DNA from: Octopus sinensis
Taxonomy: Eukaryota
Assembly (NCBI RefSeq): GCF_006345805.1
Contig: NC_043000.1
Span: 121,706,001 to 121,770,000 of the forward strand
DNA: 64,000 nt
Direction: 5' to 3'
A program made the position numbers and the translations under genes. The stretch's first letter is position 1. Every line of letters starts with the position of its first letter. The notes beneath the pieces are model-generated. The model worked only from the letters and a program-made list of their open reading frames with translations. It was not told where the DNA came from and did no database searches. Positions 41,286 through 53,822 of this stretch are shown piece after piece.

Positions 41286-42559
41286 CCGTACTGAATATAT
41301 AAATATTTTCGATGGATTGAGAGCTGTTACAGCGCAGGATAGGATGTCGTGGCTAAGATCTAGTTCACTGTTTATTTTTTCGGGATGATCACTGTTGGAA
41401 ATGTTTGAGACGAGATTCGTCTAAAGTAATAAGAGAAGAGCTTTCGATTGGCCGATGGGTTAGTTATTAAACGTTTTCTTCTGAGAGTGAATGTTGATTC
41501 AGAATTATCACCGCCAGCTGCAAAAAAAGGAAAGATGGGAAGACGTTAACATAATTTGTATAGAGCCAAGTATGTTCACAATTGGGTTCAGACTATGCGA
41601 ACATACATGAACACGACATAAATTTAAATCCAAACGTATATTATTGTAACTATTAGGACATAAACAACGTTAGGTACCATTGCGTAGTTTTGTGTTAATT
41701 AACAAAGATGTAATACGTTTAGCATCACCTAATTTTCGCATAAAATCAAAGTGCTTGTCTCTTCGGTGATCACTTCATCGTTAAAAAAGACTTATCGATA
41801 CATCTGTAAGAAACTAAACAGAATACTATAAAGCATTTAATCAAATGCCTTATAGTTCCAGTCGAGTAACTGTATAATTTGAATATCTGGATTCTTTGAA
41901 TAAGCAGTATAAAAACTTTGATATACATTTCTACTTTGAGTATGATTGTTTATAACACTTAAATGCTACTTGATTCATGATATCATACTTCATAATAAGA
42001 GATGGAAACAAATATCTTAAGAACAATCCCAATATAGCAATGAAAGGTCAGATGTCAATTACCTGTACATGCAATGGTTTTCTATATCTGACAAGTGTCG
42101 TTTCCTGGAATTCGATAAGTAATTGAACATTGCATGATTCCTAGTTGTACCGTAAATTCTTCTGCTTCAGTTAACAAAATCGATCATCTCTTCACAGCCT
42201 ATATCTGTGTATTAGATAAATGGAATACTTAACGTATCTAGCTTTATTAAGGGCATGGATCAATTTATGTGTTGCAAGAGGACAGTGCAACGCTAAATTC
42301 TATTTTTTCTTGAACGGATGTTAAACATTAGTTTCTCAAATATGCAGCATTCATATTCCGTCCGTTCTGTATGTCTCGGTCAACTGAAGGTGCTTTCTCT
42401 TTCCATTTGTGCGTATTTGCCCATTGTGACATATCCATATATCAATGACAATACGTACACATCCTTCCATTATTATAACTTCGTAACACAGTATAGATAC
42501 AAATGCACTGGGGTCAGAAGTCATCTGTCAAGTCACAAGGACCTCAAACAGATAATACT

Positions 42560-42810
42560 TTCCTTAAGATGTGCGCTGTACCCAATAAGACTGCATTTTG
42601 CAAGGCATGAATCTTGCATAGGATTCCAGTTGCCTTAAGAAGTTTTAACGTTTCCAAGGGATTGCGCCCACTAGTGTCATTTTACATTACCGTCTCGCAT
42701 TCCATACAGTCTTGCCAATTCCACTTTCAATTCGGAGTACCTGGTGATATTTTGAACCTCCTTACTCACAAAATTCAGGTCATTTGGTATGGCTACATCA
42801 AGTATCATCA
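42560..42810 (-). mobile_element. 3' end of REL-endonuclease LINE (R4/Dong-like)
   Basis: ILDVAIPNDLNFVSKEVQNITRYSELKVELARLYGM followed by LIGYSAHLKE (cf. LLGTAHIL). Confidence 0.75.
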
Positions 42811-42845
42811 TCATCATCTCATTATTATTATTATTATTAATATTA

Positions 42846-42876
<31 letters not shown>

Positions 42877-42959
42877 ATATATATATATATATAGATATAT
42901 ATATATTATATATATATAGATATATATATATAATATATATATATAGATATATAGATATA

Positions 42960-43130
42960 CACATATATAGTTGGAATTTACAAAAACAAACAAAAATGGA
43001 AAAGGCGGAGACGGGTGTATAAACAGCAAACAGATGCATTAGTTTAACGCTCGGGAAGTGAGAGAGTCTTTTACGTTTCGAGCCTACGCTCTTAACAAAA
43101 AGGAACGCAGAAATAAGCAGACAGAGAAAG
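42960..43130 (-). mobile_element. Family P1 copy, 3' end toward (TA)n
   Basis: Minus strand TTGTTAAGAGCGTAGGCTCGAAACGTAAAAGACT...GAGCGTTAAACTAATGCATCTG. Confidence 0.7.
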
Positions 43131-43180
43131 TACACATATATACATATATATGTATTTATCACTCTCACTCTCACATTCCA

Positions 43181-43251
<71 letters not shown>

Positions 43252-43306
43252 TGTTTGTCTGTCTGCCTATTTATTCATTTACCAATCAACCTATCTAACT
43301 TATATC

Positions 43307-43346
<40 letters not shown>

Positions 43347-43354
<8 letters not shown>

Positions 43355-43635
43355 GTTGTATACTGTCAATCTAACACGAAGTGACAGTAGGGGGTACACC
43401 ACCGCTGTATAGCCCTACGAAGCATTGACGCCTCTGATGGCTTTGACACATTTTTTCCTGTGTCCTTATATACATTTACGAAGGGGAGACAAACTCCCCT
43501 TGTAAATGTATATAAGGACACAGGAAAAAATGTGTCAAAGCCATCAGGAGGCGTCAATGCTTCGTAGGGCTATACAGCGGTGGTGTACCCCCTACTGTCA
43601 AGTTCGTGTAGATTGACAGTATACAACCATTCTAT
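43347..43635. mobile_element. Near-perfect foldback (palindromic) element, 289 bp
   Basis: Arms ~142 bp (ATAGAATGGTTGTATAC.../...GTATACAACCATTCTAT) around a 5-nt loop ACAAA at 43489-43493; left end abuts (TA)n. Confidence 0.9.
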
Positions 43636-44001
43636 CGCCACCACCGTACAGTCTCTACGAGAGATTTAGAAATTTAGCAGTTTATATATATATAGATATA
43701 TATATATATATATATATATATCCACCCCCACACACACGCACACACACACACACACCCCATATATATATATATATATATATACTAGTCAATTTAGGGTAAG
43801 CAAAAAAAATTCAATAGAAATTTATCGCTACCAGCGGCCTGGTGGAAAAGAGAAAATAGTCATCGACTAAATATATAAATATAACAATTTAGGAGTGACC
43901 TAACGGGTCATTCGTCCACCAGAAAGAGCAGCCATAACTCACACCGCCAAGTAGTAGTAATTCAGAAATTAGGTGAAAATTAAAAACAGTTACCCTAATT
44001 C

Positions 44002-44105
44002 ATCTTTTAGACGTTGCAACGTTTCTGTGTCATTAATGATTAAATTAGCTTAATTAAATTAAATTAAGCTAATCTACCATAGGTTACACTTCATCAGTAA
44101 AAAAC
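44002..44105 (-). ncRNA. Type I hammerhead ribozyme motif, copy 1
   Basis: Reverse complement of the plus copies; TCATCAG 44091-44097, TTTC 44022-44025, predicted cut between 44010 and 44009. Confidence 0.75.
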
Positions 44106-44791
44106 CTGGGAGAGACAAATATACACGAGGCGTCTGTATCGATGCCTACGGAATATCTGTCTTAAAATTTTCAAGACGACGTATTCGCGCCAAACTTATC
44201 AGCAGTAAATATAAACTGCCGATTCAATCTCAGAATTATTCAGAAAATTATCAATTAGTCAATTTAGGGTAGCAAAAAAAATTCAATAGAAATTTATCGC
44301 TACAGCGGCCGGTGGAAGAGAAAAATAGTCATCGACTAAATATATAAATATAACAATTTAGAGTGACCTAACGGGTCATTCGTCACCGAAAGAGCAGCCA
44401 TAACTCACAAGCCAAGAGGGATGAATTAGGGTAAATGTTTTTAAATTTTCACCAATTTCTGAATTACTACTACTTGGCGGTGTATGTGAGTTATGGCTGC
44501 TCTTTCTGGTGGACGAATGACCCGTTAGGGTCACTCCTAAATTGTTATATTTATATATTTAGTCGATGACTATTTTCTCTTTTCCACCAGGCCGCTGGTA
44601 GCGATAAATTTCTATTGAATTTTTTTGCTACCCTAAATTGACTAATGATAATTTTCTGAATAATTCTGAGATTGAATCGGCAGTTTATATTTCTGCTGAT
44701 AAGTTTGGCGCGAATACGTCAGTCTTGAAAATTTTAAGACAGATATCCGTAGGCATCGATACAGACGCCTCGTGTATATTTGTCTCTCCAG

Positions 44792-44894
44792 GTTTTTTAC
44801 TGATGAAGTGTAACCTATGGTAGATAGCTTAATTTAATTTAATTAAGCTAATTTAATCATTAATGACACAGAAACGTTGCAACGTCTAAAAGAT
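44792..44894 (+). ncRNA. Type I hammerhead ribozyme motif, copy 2
   Basis: GTTTTTTA CTGATGA(44800-06) A GTGT..ACAC A GAA ACGTTGCAACGT C(44886) TAAAAGAT; GUC site, 8-bp helix I with two G-U pairs. Confidence 0.75.
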
Positions 44895-45263
44895 GAATTA
44901 GGGTAACTGTTTTTAAATTTTCACCTAATTTCTGAATTACTACTACTTGGCGGTGTGAGTTATGGCTGCTCTTTCTGGTGGACGAATGACCCGTTAGGGT
45001 CACTCCTAAATTGTTATATTTATATATTAGTCGATGACTATTTTCTCTTTTCCACCAGGCCGCTGGTAGCGATAAATTTCTATTGAATTTTTTTGCTACC
45101 CTAAATTGACTAATTGATAATTTTCTGAATAATTCTGAGATTGAATCGGCAGTTTATATTTACTGCTGATAAGTTTGGCGCGAATACGTCAGTCTTGAAA
45201 AATTTTAAGACAGATATTCCGTAGGCATCGATACAGACGCCTCGTGTATATTGTCTCTCCCAG

Positions 45264-45366
45264 GTTTTTTACTGATGAAGTGTAACCTATGGTAGATTAG
45301 CTTATTTAATTTAATTAAGCTAATTTAATCATTAATGACACAGAAACGTTGCAACGTCTAAAAGAT
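45264..45366 (+). ncRNA. Type I hammerhead ribozyme motif, copy 3
   Basis: CTGATGA 45272-78, GAAA 45343-46, GTC 45356-58; 472 nt after copy 2. Confidence 0.75.
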
Positions 45367-45485
45367 GAATTAGGGTAAATGTTTTTAAATTTTCACCTAA
45401 TTTCTGAATTACTACTACTTGGCGGTGTGAGTTATGGCTGCTCTTTCTGGTGGACGAATGACCCGTTAGGGTCACTCCTAAATTG

Positions 45486-45548
<63 letters not shown>

Positions 45549-45757
45549 ATGTAAACAAATAATATGAAAGCTAGAGATACTTTTGAGCGCATTTCGAATA
45601 ATGGATAAATTGCTTTTCCGCAAGAAGAGATTATATTTACTGTGTATTTCAAAGCCTCGTTTTTCACGAGACCGTTATTTCCTCTGCATGGTTTAACATT
45701 GATAGCATTCGGAAACAATTTATATATTTATGCAATGATTTTAGTAAATGACTTACG

Positions 45758-46045
45758 ATGGTCCCAGCCGATACGATCAACAGTATAGCTTGCGCGTGAA
45801 ATTACCGAGCAAGTAGCTGAGCACTCCACAGACACATGTACTCTTAACGTAGTTCTCAGGGAGATTCAGTTTGACACGGAGTATGCCAAGGCTGGCCCTT
45901 TGATTTACAGGTCCGCTCATGTTTGCCAGCTGAGTGGACTGGAGCAATGTGAAATAAAGTGTTTTGCTCCTGGACGCAATACCTCACCTAGAATTGATAT
46001 CGCGACCTTACGATCTTGAGCCGAATGCCCTAACCACTAAGCCAC
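45758..46045 (-). mobile_element. tRNA-derived SINE, family C (working name)
   Basis: Minus strand GTGGCTTAGTGGTTAGGGCATTCGGCTC tRNA-like head followed by CACTTTATTTCACATTGCTCCAGTCCACTCAGCTGG body. Confidence 0.75.
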
Positions 46046-46720
46046 TTATAACTTACACTTAATCCTGAAACATATTTTGAGATCGGGGACACGCTCTTTT
46101 CTTCTTTTTTATTTTATTTATTACTTTTTGTCAACACTAAAGTATTCATTTGACAATCATTACTGACAATCAGTACTGATAATATATACTTACATATTCA
46201 TCAGTATAACATTCTCCACTCTATGACTCTATCGCTCTCTCTTCTTCGTTTTGTCTCCCTCTATTCTGTTCGATATTTATCATCCATGTAATCTCTGATT
46301 CCATAAGTGTTTTACTGATATTTCGCAGATATATCACTGAAACATTTCCTTCACAAACTCGTTTAGTTATTACGCGATGAATAATTCGTGTATTTGTGAT
46401 ACTTGCATGTATTGAACCTATTATTATCTGACAAATAGCTTTAATATAGAGTACTCATCGCTTAAACATACTGTTTAATATTTGGATTGCCAATAGTGCT
46501 CACGACGTAGTTAGTCGAATCCCTTAGCAATTCTTCTTGACTTAAATACTGATAAAAGATAATATAACGTTCTCAAATCCTTTTCGTAATCGATTTCTAT
46601 TTTGATCAATTGTCACTGCAAATATTGGCAGGAATATATCAATATATCGTTACTTTCTGCTAGCTGGTGATTTCATGCTTTCTTAGAAATTCTAACCTGA
46701 ACTCTAAAGTAAGAACATCC

Positions 46721-46767
<47 letters not shown>

Positions 46768-46809
46768 TATATATATATTGTATGTATGTATGTATGTATT
46801 TATGTATTG

Positions 46810-46872
<63 letters not shown>

Positions 46873-47014
46873 CAATAAAGATTCAAGTTAATTTAAATGA
46901 ATTTACTTGAATATGGTACCTAACCTTAGATGCACCAAAAAAAACTATACTGTTTTAACATACAGTAATGTGGGGTGATTATAAGCGAGAAAGAAGCAAC
47001 AAGAATGGATAGGT

Positions 47015-47105
47015 TTTTAGTACAATCGTTTCATACAAGGACAGGCTTTATTAAAAGTTGTAAAAATTACAGCATATAAACGTGTCCCGTACTCATCAGC
47101 TAAAA
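47015..47105 (-). ncRNA. Type I hammerhead ribozyme motif (left arm)
   Basis: Reverse complement of 47448-47538; TCATCAG 47093-47099, TTTC 47029-47032. Confidence 0.75.
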
Positions 47106-47447
47106 TACATGTGAGTTCTCTAGACATCCTAGTGGTTGAGGCTATACTCATGAAGTAATGTAGATAATTAAGTAACATAAACAGATTTCCAAAGTTCATT
47201 AAAGTTCATTACGTACTCACAGACATCGTAATCCCTCATCATATCTCTGGAAATTCATATGTGCTCTATGGATTAGGTCACCTTCTCTGTGATGCTATTA
47301 GAACTTTTTTAAAATTCTGTGATAAGACTGTACATCATCTTTAAAGAACTTTAATGAACTTTGGAAATCTGTTTATGTTACTTAATTATCTACATTACTT
47401 CATGAGTATAGCCTCAACCACTAGGATGTCTAGAGAACTCACATGTA

Positions 47448-47538
47448 TTTTAGCTGATGAGTACGGGACACGTTTATATGCTGTAATTTTTACAACTTTT
47501 AATAAAGCCTGTCCTTGTATGAAACGATTGTACTAAAA
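47448..47538 (+). ncRNA. Type I hammerhead ribozyme motif (right arm)
   Basis: TTTTAG CTGATGA GTAC GGGACA..TGTCCT T GTAT GAA ACGATTGT A CTAAAA; 6-bp helix I, GUA site, cut after 47532. Confidence 0.75.
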
Positions 47539-47568
47539 ACCTATCCATTCTTGTTGCTTCTTTCTCGC

Positions 47569-47569
47569 G

Positions 47570-47605
<36 letters not shown>

Positions 47606-47610
47606 ATTAT

Positions 47611-47653
<43 letters not shown>

Positions 47654-47681
47654 ATATATATTATATATACTATATAATATA

Positions 47682-47714
<33 letters not shown>

Positions 47715-47917
47715 ATATTATATATATATATATTATATATATATATATTATATATATATATTATATATATATATATTATATATAGATATATTTATATATA
47801 TAATATTATATATATATATATTATATATATATATATTATATATATATATTATATATATATATATTATATATATATATATATATTATATTATATATATGTA
47901 TATATTATATATATATA

Positions 47918-47949
<32 letters not shown>

Positions 47950-48224
47950 TAATATATATATATATATATATATATATCTATTATTATATTATATATATAT
48001 ATTATATATATTATATTATATATATATTATTATATATATATATATATTATATAATAATATATATTATATTATATATATATATATATATTATATATATATA
48101 TTATATATATATATTATATTAAATTATATATATATATATAATATATATTATATATAATATATATATATTCTATATATATATATATTATATATAATATATA
48201 TTATATATATATATATATTATATT

Positions 48225-48259
<35 letters not shown>

Positions 48260-48281
48260 TATTATATATAATATATTATAT

Positions 48282-48326
<45 letters not shown>

Positions 48327-48338
48327 GTTATATTATTA

Positions 48339-48382
<44 letters not shown>
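47569..48382. repeat. ~810-bp degenerate (TA)n tract
   Basis: Direct observation. Confidence 0.95.
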
Positions 48383-48386
<4 letters not shown>

Positions 48387-51350
48387 CTTGTCCTAATATA
48401 CTTACTATCAAACAATTATGACTCACATTCCTCCTACATATTATCATCATCATCGTAGTCATCCTCAGCATTATCATCATCATAGATGTGGGTAATATCT
48501 AGCTAATAACTATTGCCGTATCTCGTTTGGTAATTATACGCACAACCCTCATATTTTGTTCATATTTAGAAAAAAATGTTCGATATTATTTACTTCCTTT
48601 TCAGAGTTCAATGCATCTATAAAATCTATGAATCGTTTTAGAGAAAAGTTTAAAACATTTAAATCAATAGACAATTTCAATTTTTTTTCTAAAGAATCTA
48701 GAAAAAATAAAGAATCACATTATTAACAGTTGAACTGCAGGATTCTTTTATTGAGTAGTGCAGGGAACTGCGACATAAAGATTTCCGTATTACTTCTAAA
48801 CCAATTATTTGTCTGTATTATTTCCCAGCCAATACTTTTTTCAATAATAAAAGCCATAACATAATATGTTTCATTTTTATTTGGCTGTTGAACAGGGAAA
48901 ATGTAGAGGATAAAATTGCTTTTCTCTTTGAATTGTTATAACGTATTCAAATCTTATCTGAGATATTATTTCTGAGTGGAAACGACTCGATAGTAAAATA
49001 TCTGAGAATAAAACAGATTAGCAGATATTGCCTGTTTCATCACTATATTAAACAAATTTTGACCCTGAGGTGTATTATACACTTTCACTTCACACACACA
49101 CACGCACACACACACACAAACACAGACACACACACACACACACACACGCACAAACACACACACGCTTACGCAGAGTCTCACGTGTACATATACATATATG
49201 TGTGTGTCTCTCTACATATATATATCTTCGGTGATACACTCAAATAAACATGTTTTTATAGGAATTTCCAGTAATTAGCCAATACATTCATTGCTTCAAG
49301 ATATATTAAATAAATACACGTGGTTTATCGTAACTAATCGATAACAATCCTATAATTACTGCCTCTGCAGTTGTGTAAATTAAGATAATTGCATAACTTA
49401 TGGTAAAGCGTTTACGATTATCAGTGAGTTACATTAACTCCGTATTGATCTGCAATAGCTTACGGCTCTCTACGTCTCCAAGGTGAGAAGTTTAGTAAAC
49501 CGTTATATTGAACACTAACTACCCAGGTGGAGCGGGTTAAACTCTTTTGCAAGAAGGTGGCAGGAACCTAGAATAGATAATATTCAAGACGGAACTGCGA
49601 GCAGAGTTTAAAATGCATGAATACTATTTACACAAAGTTAAGCAGTGAAGAAAAACAATTAAAATCTTAATTAGTAAACCATTCTATTTCTAAACAGTTT
49701 CTCCATTTCTATGTCATTATTTATTTTACGTCGTATTCAGAAGCTAATGATTGATTCTAATTAGCTAAGGAACACTTTGTTCGAAATAAATAACTTGATG
49801 ATATAAATACAGCCATTTGATACACGAATAAATGTGAAATTTAAATTTGCATATTCTATGTTGCTATGTAATACAACATGATATCATGATTCGCTTCACA
49901 TAATGATTTAAATGATTAAAGATTGAAGAGGGTGTAGCATTTAATATGTAGCTTCACATTCTATGCCATGTATCGGCAAAAAACAGTATAAAACCAGTAC
50001 TCGTAATTTTCAAAGTCAATACTGAAACAACCGCAAATTATATTTAGAAATTTAGAATTTGAACACACCAGAAACCTCAAGAAATGAATAGAATTTCTTC
50101 GCAATAATATTAATTTTTTACTGAGCTTGATGAGGCTGAAATTATTGGGACGGACAGAAAATGTGAAAACTTGAATGTAAATTGATTACTTGTTACGAAT
50201 TACGAATTTTAATCCTTAATTGCCATTCATAGATTTGTGTTGACCGTTATATAGATACAGAATCATGTATAATATCCACAGCAATATTAGAAAAAACAAT
50301 ATAGTACTTAAACAAACAAAAGTGAAAAATTAACAAGAAAAAGACACAAAATAGTTTGTATCGTTTCCAACATAGAGCCTAGAGCTGAATATAAATTCGA
50401 TATTTCTTTAGCTGAAAAAACAGCGATAGAAGTAGAATTTAAATACACAATAAACTATGTCCATTAATTATTATGATTATTCTTCACACGTCATTGGACG
50501 ATGGATACAAAGAAAATTTACCAAACAAACTAATGAACAGGCTGGAATAGCACAACAATAACACTTCGTATATCAGAAAGTCTAAAGCTTTTAAATATAC
50601 TTTGAAACGCAAACTTTATACATCTGGCCATAGTCAGAGCGTTATTTCGTAAAATATATACACCCTAAAATCAGGAGATACAAATTAGCCAAATGTCATC
50701 GAATTTAACATCACATTGATATAGGAAATTAGTGAAGACTTTACTTACCATCATTAAAATCTAGTAAGGTATGCAATCACGAGACAATACCGCGTACGGT
50801 ACAACACAATTGCTTTCAAAACCTATTTTATGGAAGAGATAGCCATAAGTGAAATTTTAGCTAGGAAACACGACTTTCTTGTTCCCAGATTTATCGCTGA
50901 AACTTTTAGACAGGTTGAATATTGCTGGCGATCTTACTATTTACAAATACTTATAAGAAACATTCAGATAAATTATACAACAAATAAACAGGCATAACTG
51001 TCAAAAGTAAAATTTTCCTAATGTTAGACAGGAACACGTTTCACATTAGCATAATATATTCCATCAAGTCCTTCGCTAACATAACATATATCAGAAACAT
51101 TACATCAACACACTTAAATGCAATATCATTAGGAAAATGATAATGCAAAGAAGACATCTGATATAAACCGAATAATCATACACTATAAGAGGAAAGCGCA
51201 GCATATAATAAACTTTATTTGAATTTTAAACAATCAACATAAACCAGGTTTCTTCCTAAATTTACAGATATTTTTTAAAACATTACACCCTACGCAGGAG
51301 ACATACCGGCCCTAACCTTCGTATGAAGATTTTCACAATCCCTTATTTTA

Positions 51351-51937
51351 CCTATTTCTTTACTACCCACAAGGGGCTAAACACAGAGAGGACAAACAAG
51401 GAAAGACAAACTGATTAAGTCGATTGTATCGACCCCAGTGCCTAACTGGTACTTATTTAATTGACCCCGAAAGAATGAAAGGCAAAGTTGACCTCGGCGG
51501 AATTTGAACCGAGAACGTAACGGCAGACGAAATACCTATTTCTTTACTACCTACAAGGGGCTAAACACAGAGAGGACAAACAAAAACAGACAAACGGATT
51601 AAGTCGATTATATCGACCCCAGTGCGTAACTCGTACTTATTTAATCGACCCCGAATGGATGAAAGGCAAAGTCGACCTCGGCGGAATTTGAATTCAAAAC
51701 GTAGCGGCAGACGAAATACCTATTTCTTTATTACCCACAAGGGGCTAAACACAGAGGGGACAAACAAGGACAGACATAGGTATTAAGTCGATTACATCGA
51801 CCCCAGTGCGTAACTGGTACTTAATTTATCGACCCCGAAAGGATGAAAGGCAAAGTCGACCTCGGCGGAATTTGAACTCATAACGTAACGCAGACGAAAT
51901 ACCGCAATGCATTTCATTCGGCGTGCTAACTCGCCGC
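51351..51937 (-). mobile_element. SINE family B trimer (184-bp period)
   Basis: CCTATTTC unit boundaries at 51351, 51535, 51719; only the unit nearest 51937 has the SINE 5' head. Confidence 0.9.
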
Positions 51938-53182
51938 ATACTACATATCAAAGAATAAAACGCAAACACTATCACAGCCATGAAAAAAGCGAGTACAAGT
52001 GCTTTTTTCTTTCGTTTGGCAAAATACATTTGCTTAGTACAACACCAAACATTCGAAAACATGCGAAATTTCGGTTGCACTGTTTTGGTATAGGATATAG
52101 AAGTCGCCTGCGTATTAAACAAATAATCATGCAAAGTTAACGTATTTTTCTTTATTTCCCTAATCAATAATTATGTAGATGTGTCAACAACGTTTGATGT
52201 TATTTACCTATAAATATTGGTCATTTTGATGCAAGAAAAAAATATTTGTAAAATATATATAAAATATATGTCAGGAAACGATAAAAAGGTGCTTATATTT
52301 AATTGAAACTGAAGTAATTAAAGTTCAATTCTTTGTAGTTTAGCCTTTGATGGCATAAATATACAAATATGTTTACATCGGCAACAACTTCCAGAATTAG
52401 ATTGGCGATTCATAGTGTCATTAGTTATCATAAAATTAATCGATAATTGATCGTGTTAAAATACATACACGCATGCATATATAAATACATAGATACATTG
52501 TTAATACACACATACAAATACATGCGCATCTAAATCGTCATTTGTTGGGAACACATACATACGTATAGTTCCAAGAATATAGTGAAATAAAGCAAAGTAA
52601 TTATTACAGCCAATCAGGGCAACAGGTTTAATATTTATTTTACATCATTTGAACAAAATAGAAATGAATTTACCAAAATACGCACAATCACACTGCTTCC
52701 ACACTTACATAGGCATACGTACACGCTAGCTGGTGTATAAAAACTATAAATAATAAAGCGATAAATACAGGAAAAAGTAAGCTTTACGCTGCAATGGAGA
52801 AAAAATAGCCCTCGATGATTGGGCATGAATCCTCCATTAAAATAAATAAGGAAATGATAAGAAGTCCATGTCCGTGTGTATTTCTTAATACAGAAGCGAA
52901 AATACAATGAGAAAGAAAATTGAAAAAGAAGTAAGAAATATATATAGTTTAAATTTGTAGAAAAAATGGCGAAGAGAGGTATATGAACGGCAAGCAAATG
53001 TATTAGTTTCACGCAAGGGAAATATGGAAAGTACGTTTCGAGCCTAGTCAGGATCAATCTCAGTTATTCCCATTTGATCCTGACTGAAGTTCCTACTCTT
53101 CGTACTTGCATCTCTGAACCACTTCCGAACTTTCCGCACCGCTCCGCACCGCTCCGCACCCACATACCAGTACTCCACCCTA

Positions 53183-53336
53183 CATCGACCCTAGTGCCTA
53201 ACTGGTAATTTTTTAATCGACCCCCAAAAGGATGAAAGGCTAAGTTGACCTCGGCAGAATTTGAACTCAGAACGTAACGGCAGAAGAAATACCGCTATGC
53301 ATTTCGTCTGGAGTGCTAACAATTCTGCCAGCTTGA
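53183..53336 (-). mobile_element. SINE family B, 3'-truncated
   Basis: Minus strand AAGCTGGCAGAATTGTTAGCAC...GAGTTCAAATTCTGCCGAGGTCAAC. Confidence 0.8.
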
Positions 53337-53602
53337 CTTCGGGACGTGGAGTAGTTGAAACAGGGACAACTGAAGAAGGGCTATATTCTTTATGTTGCAT
53401 GTCTCGTTTGTCCATTTTTTGTTCGTTGTTCGAAACAAATTTTCGTTTCTAAGTTTTTGCTTTTATGTTTTCGTTTCTCATTGTGTTCAACGTATTTTTT
53501 TATGTTCTGTACACATCCGTGCATGTATATATACATATATATGTAGGTATGCACATATATGTATGTATATATGCATATTTTTATATTATATATATACATA
53601 TA

Positions 53603-53641
<39 letters not shown>

Positions 53642-53822
53642 CCCATGCTTTTATGTAGAAGAAGCATTCACTAAAAATGATACTCACCACAAGACATATA
53701 ACATACCTTTTTAAATAAGACCTTCGGTATTCATCCTAGTGTTATCCAAATTACTAAATTCTTCACTAATGTAAACTTTTCATGGCATCTCTAGACACCC
53801 GGAAATTTACAAGTGCAAATAC

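Larger units (their letters stand above)
43783..45488. mobile_element. Tandem and inverted array of a 472-nt hammerhead-bearing unit (retrozyme-like or Penelope pLTR array)
   Basis: Minus-oriented ~1.3 units (43783-44416) head-to-head with plus-oriented ~2.3 units (44420-45488); period 472; both outer ends merge into (TA)n. Confidence 0.9.
46985..47568. mobile_element. Inverted-repeat element with 223-bp arms, one hammerhead per arm
   Basis: Arms 46985-47207 and 47346-47568 appear identical (same 60-aa ORF on both strands); 138-bp spacer; right end abuts (TA)n. Confidence 0.9.

Noticed and set aside
43783-45488. CRISPR-like or satellite interpretation of the array
   Set aside because: No repeat-spacer alternation, eukaryotic context, and only about 3.6 units with an inversion.
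46175-46210. Minus-strand CTGATGA followed by a GTAA-capped stem
   Set aside because: No GAAA or cleavage triplet follows, so not a hammerhead.
47017-47536. Two identical 60-aa ORFs on opposite strands
   Set aside because: By-product of the inverted repeat; no recognisable protein features.
50749-50822. Minus-strand 74-nt segment with AG acceptor and strong GTAAGT donor
   Set aside because: Stops in all three frames; could only be a non-coding exon and there is no further support.
53046-53085. 12-bp inverted repeat interrupting a P1 copy, followed by 10-bp repeats near 53132
   Set aside because: Too short to interpret; likely the end of another insertion.
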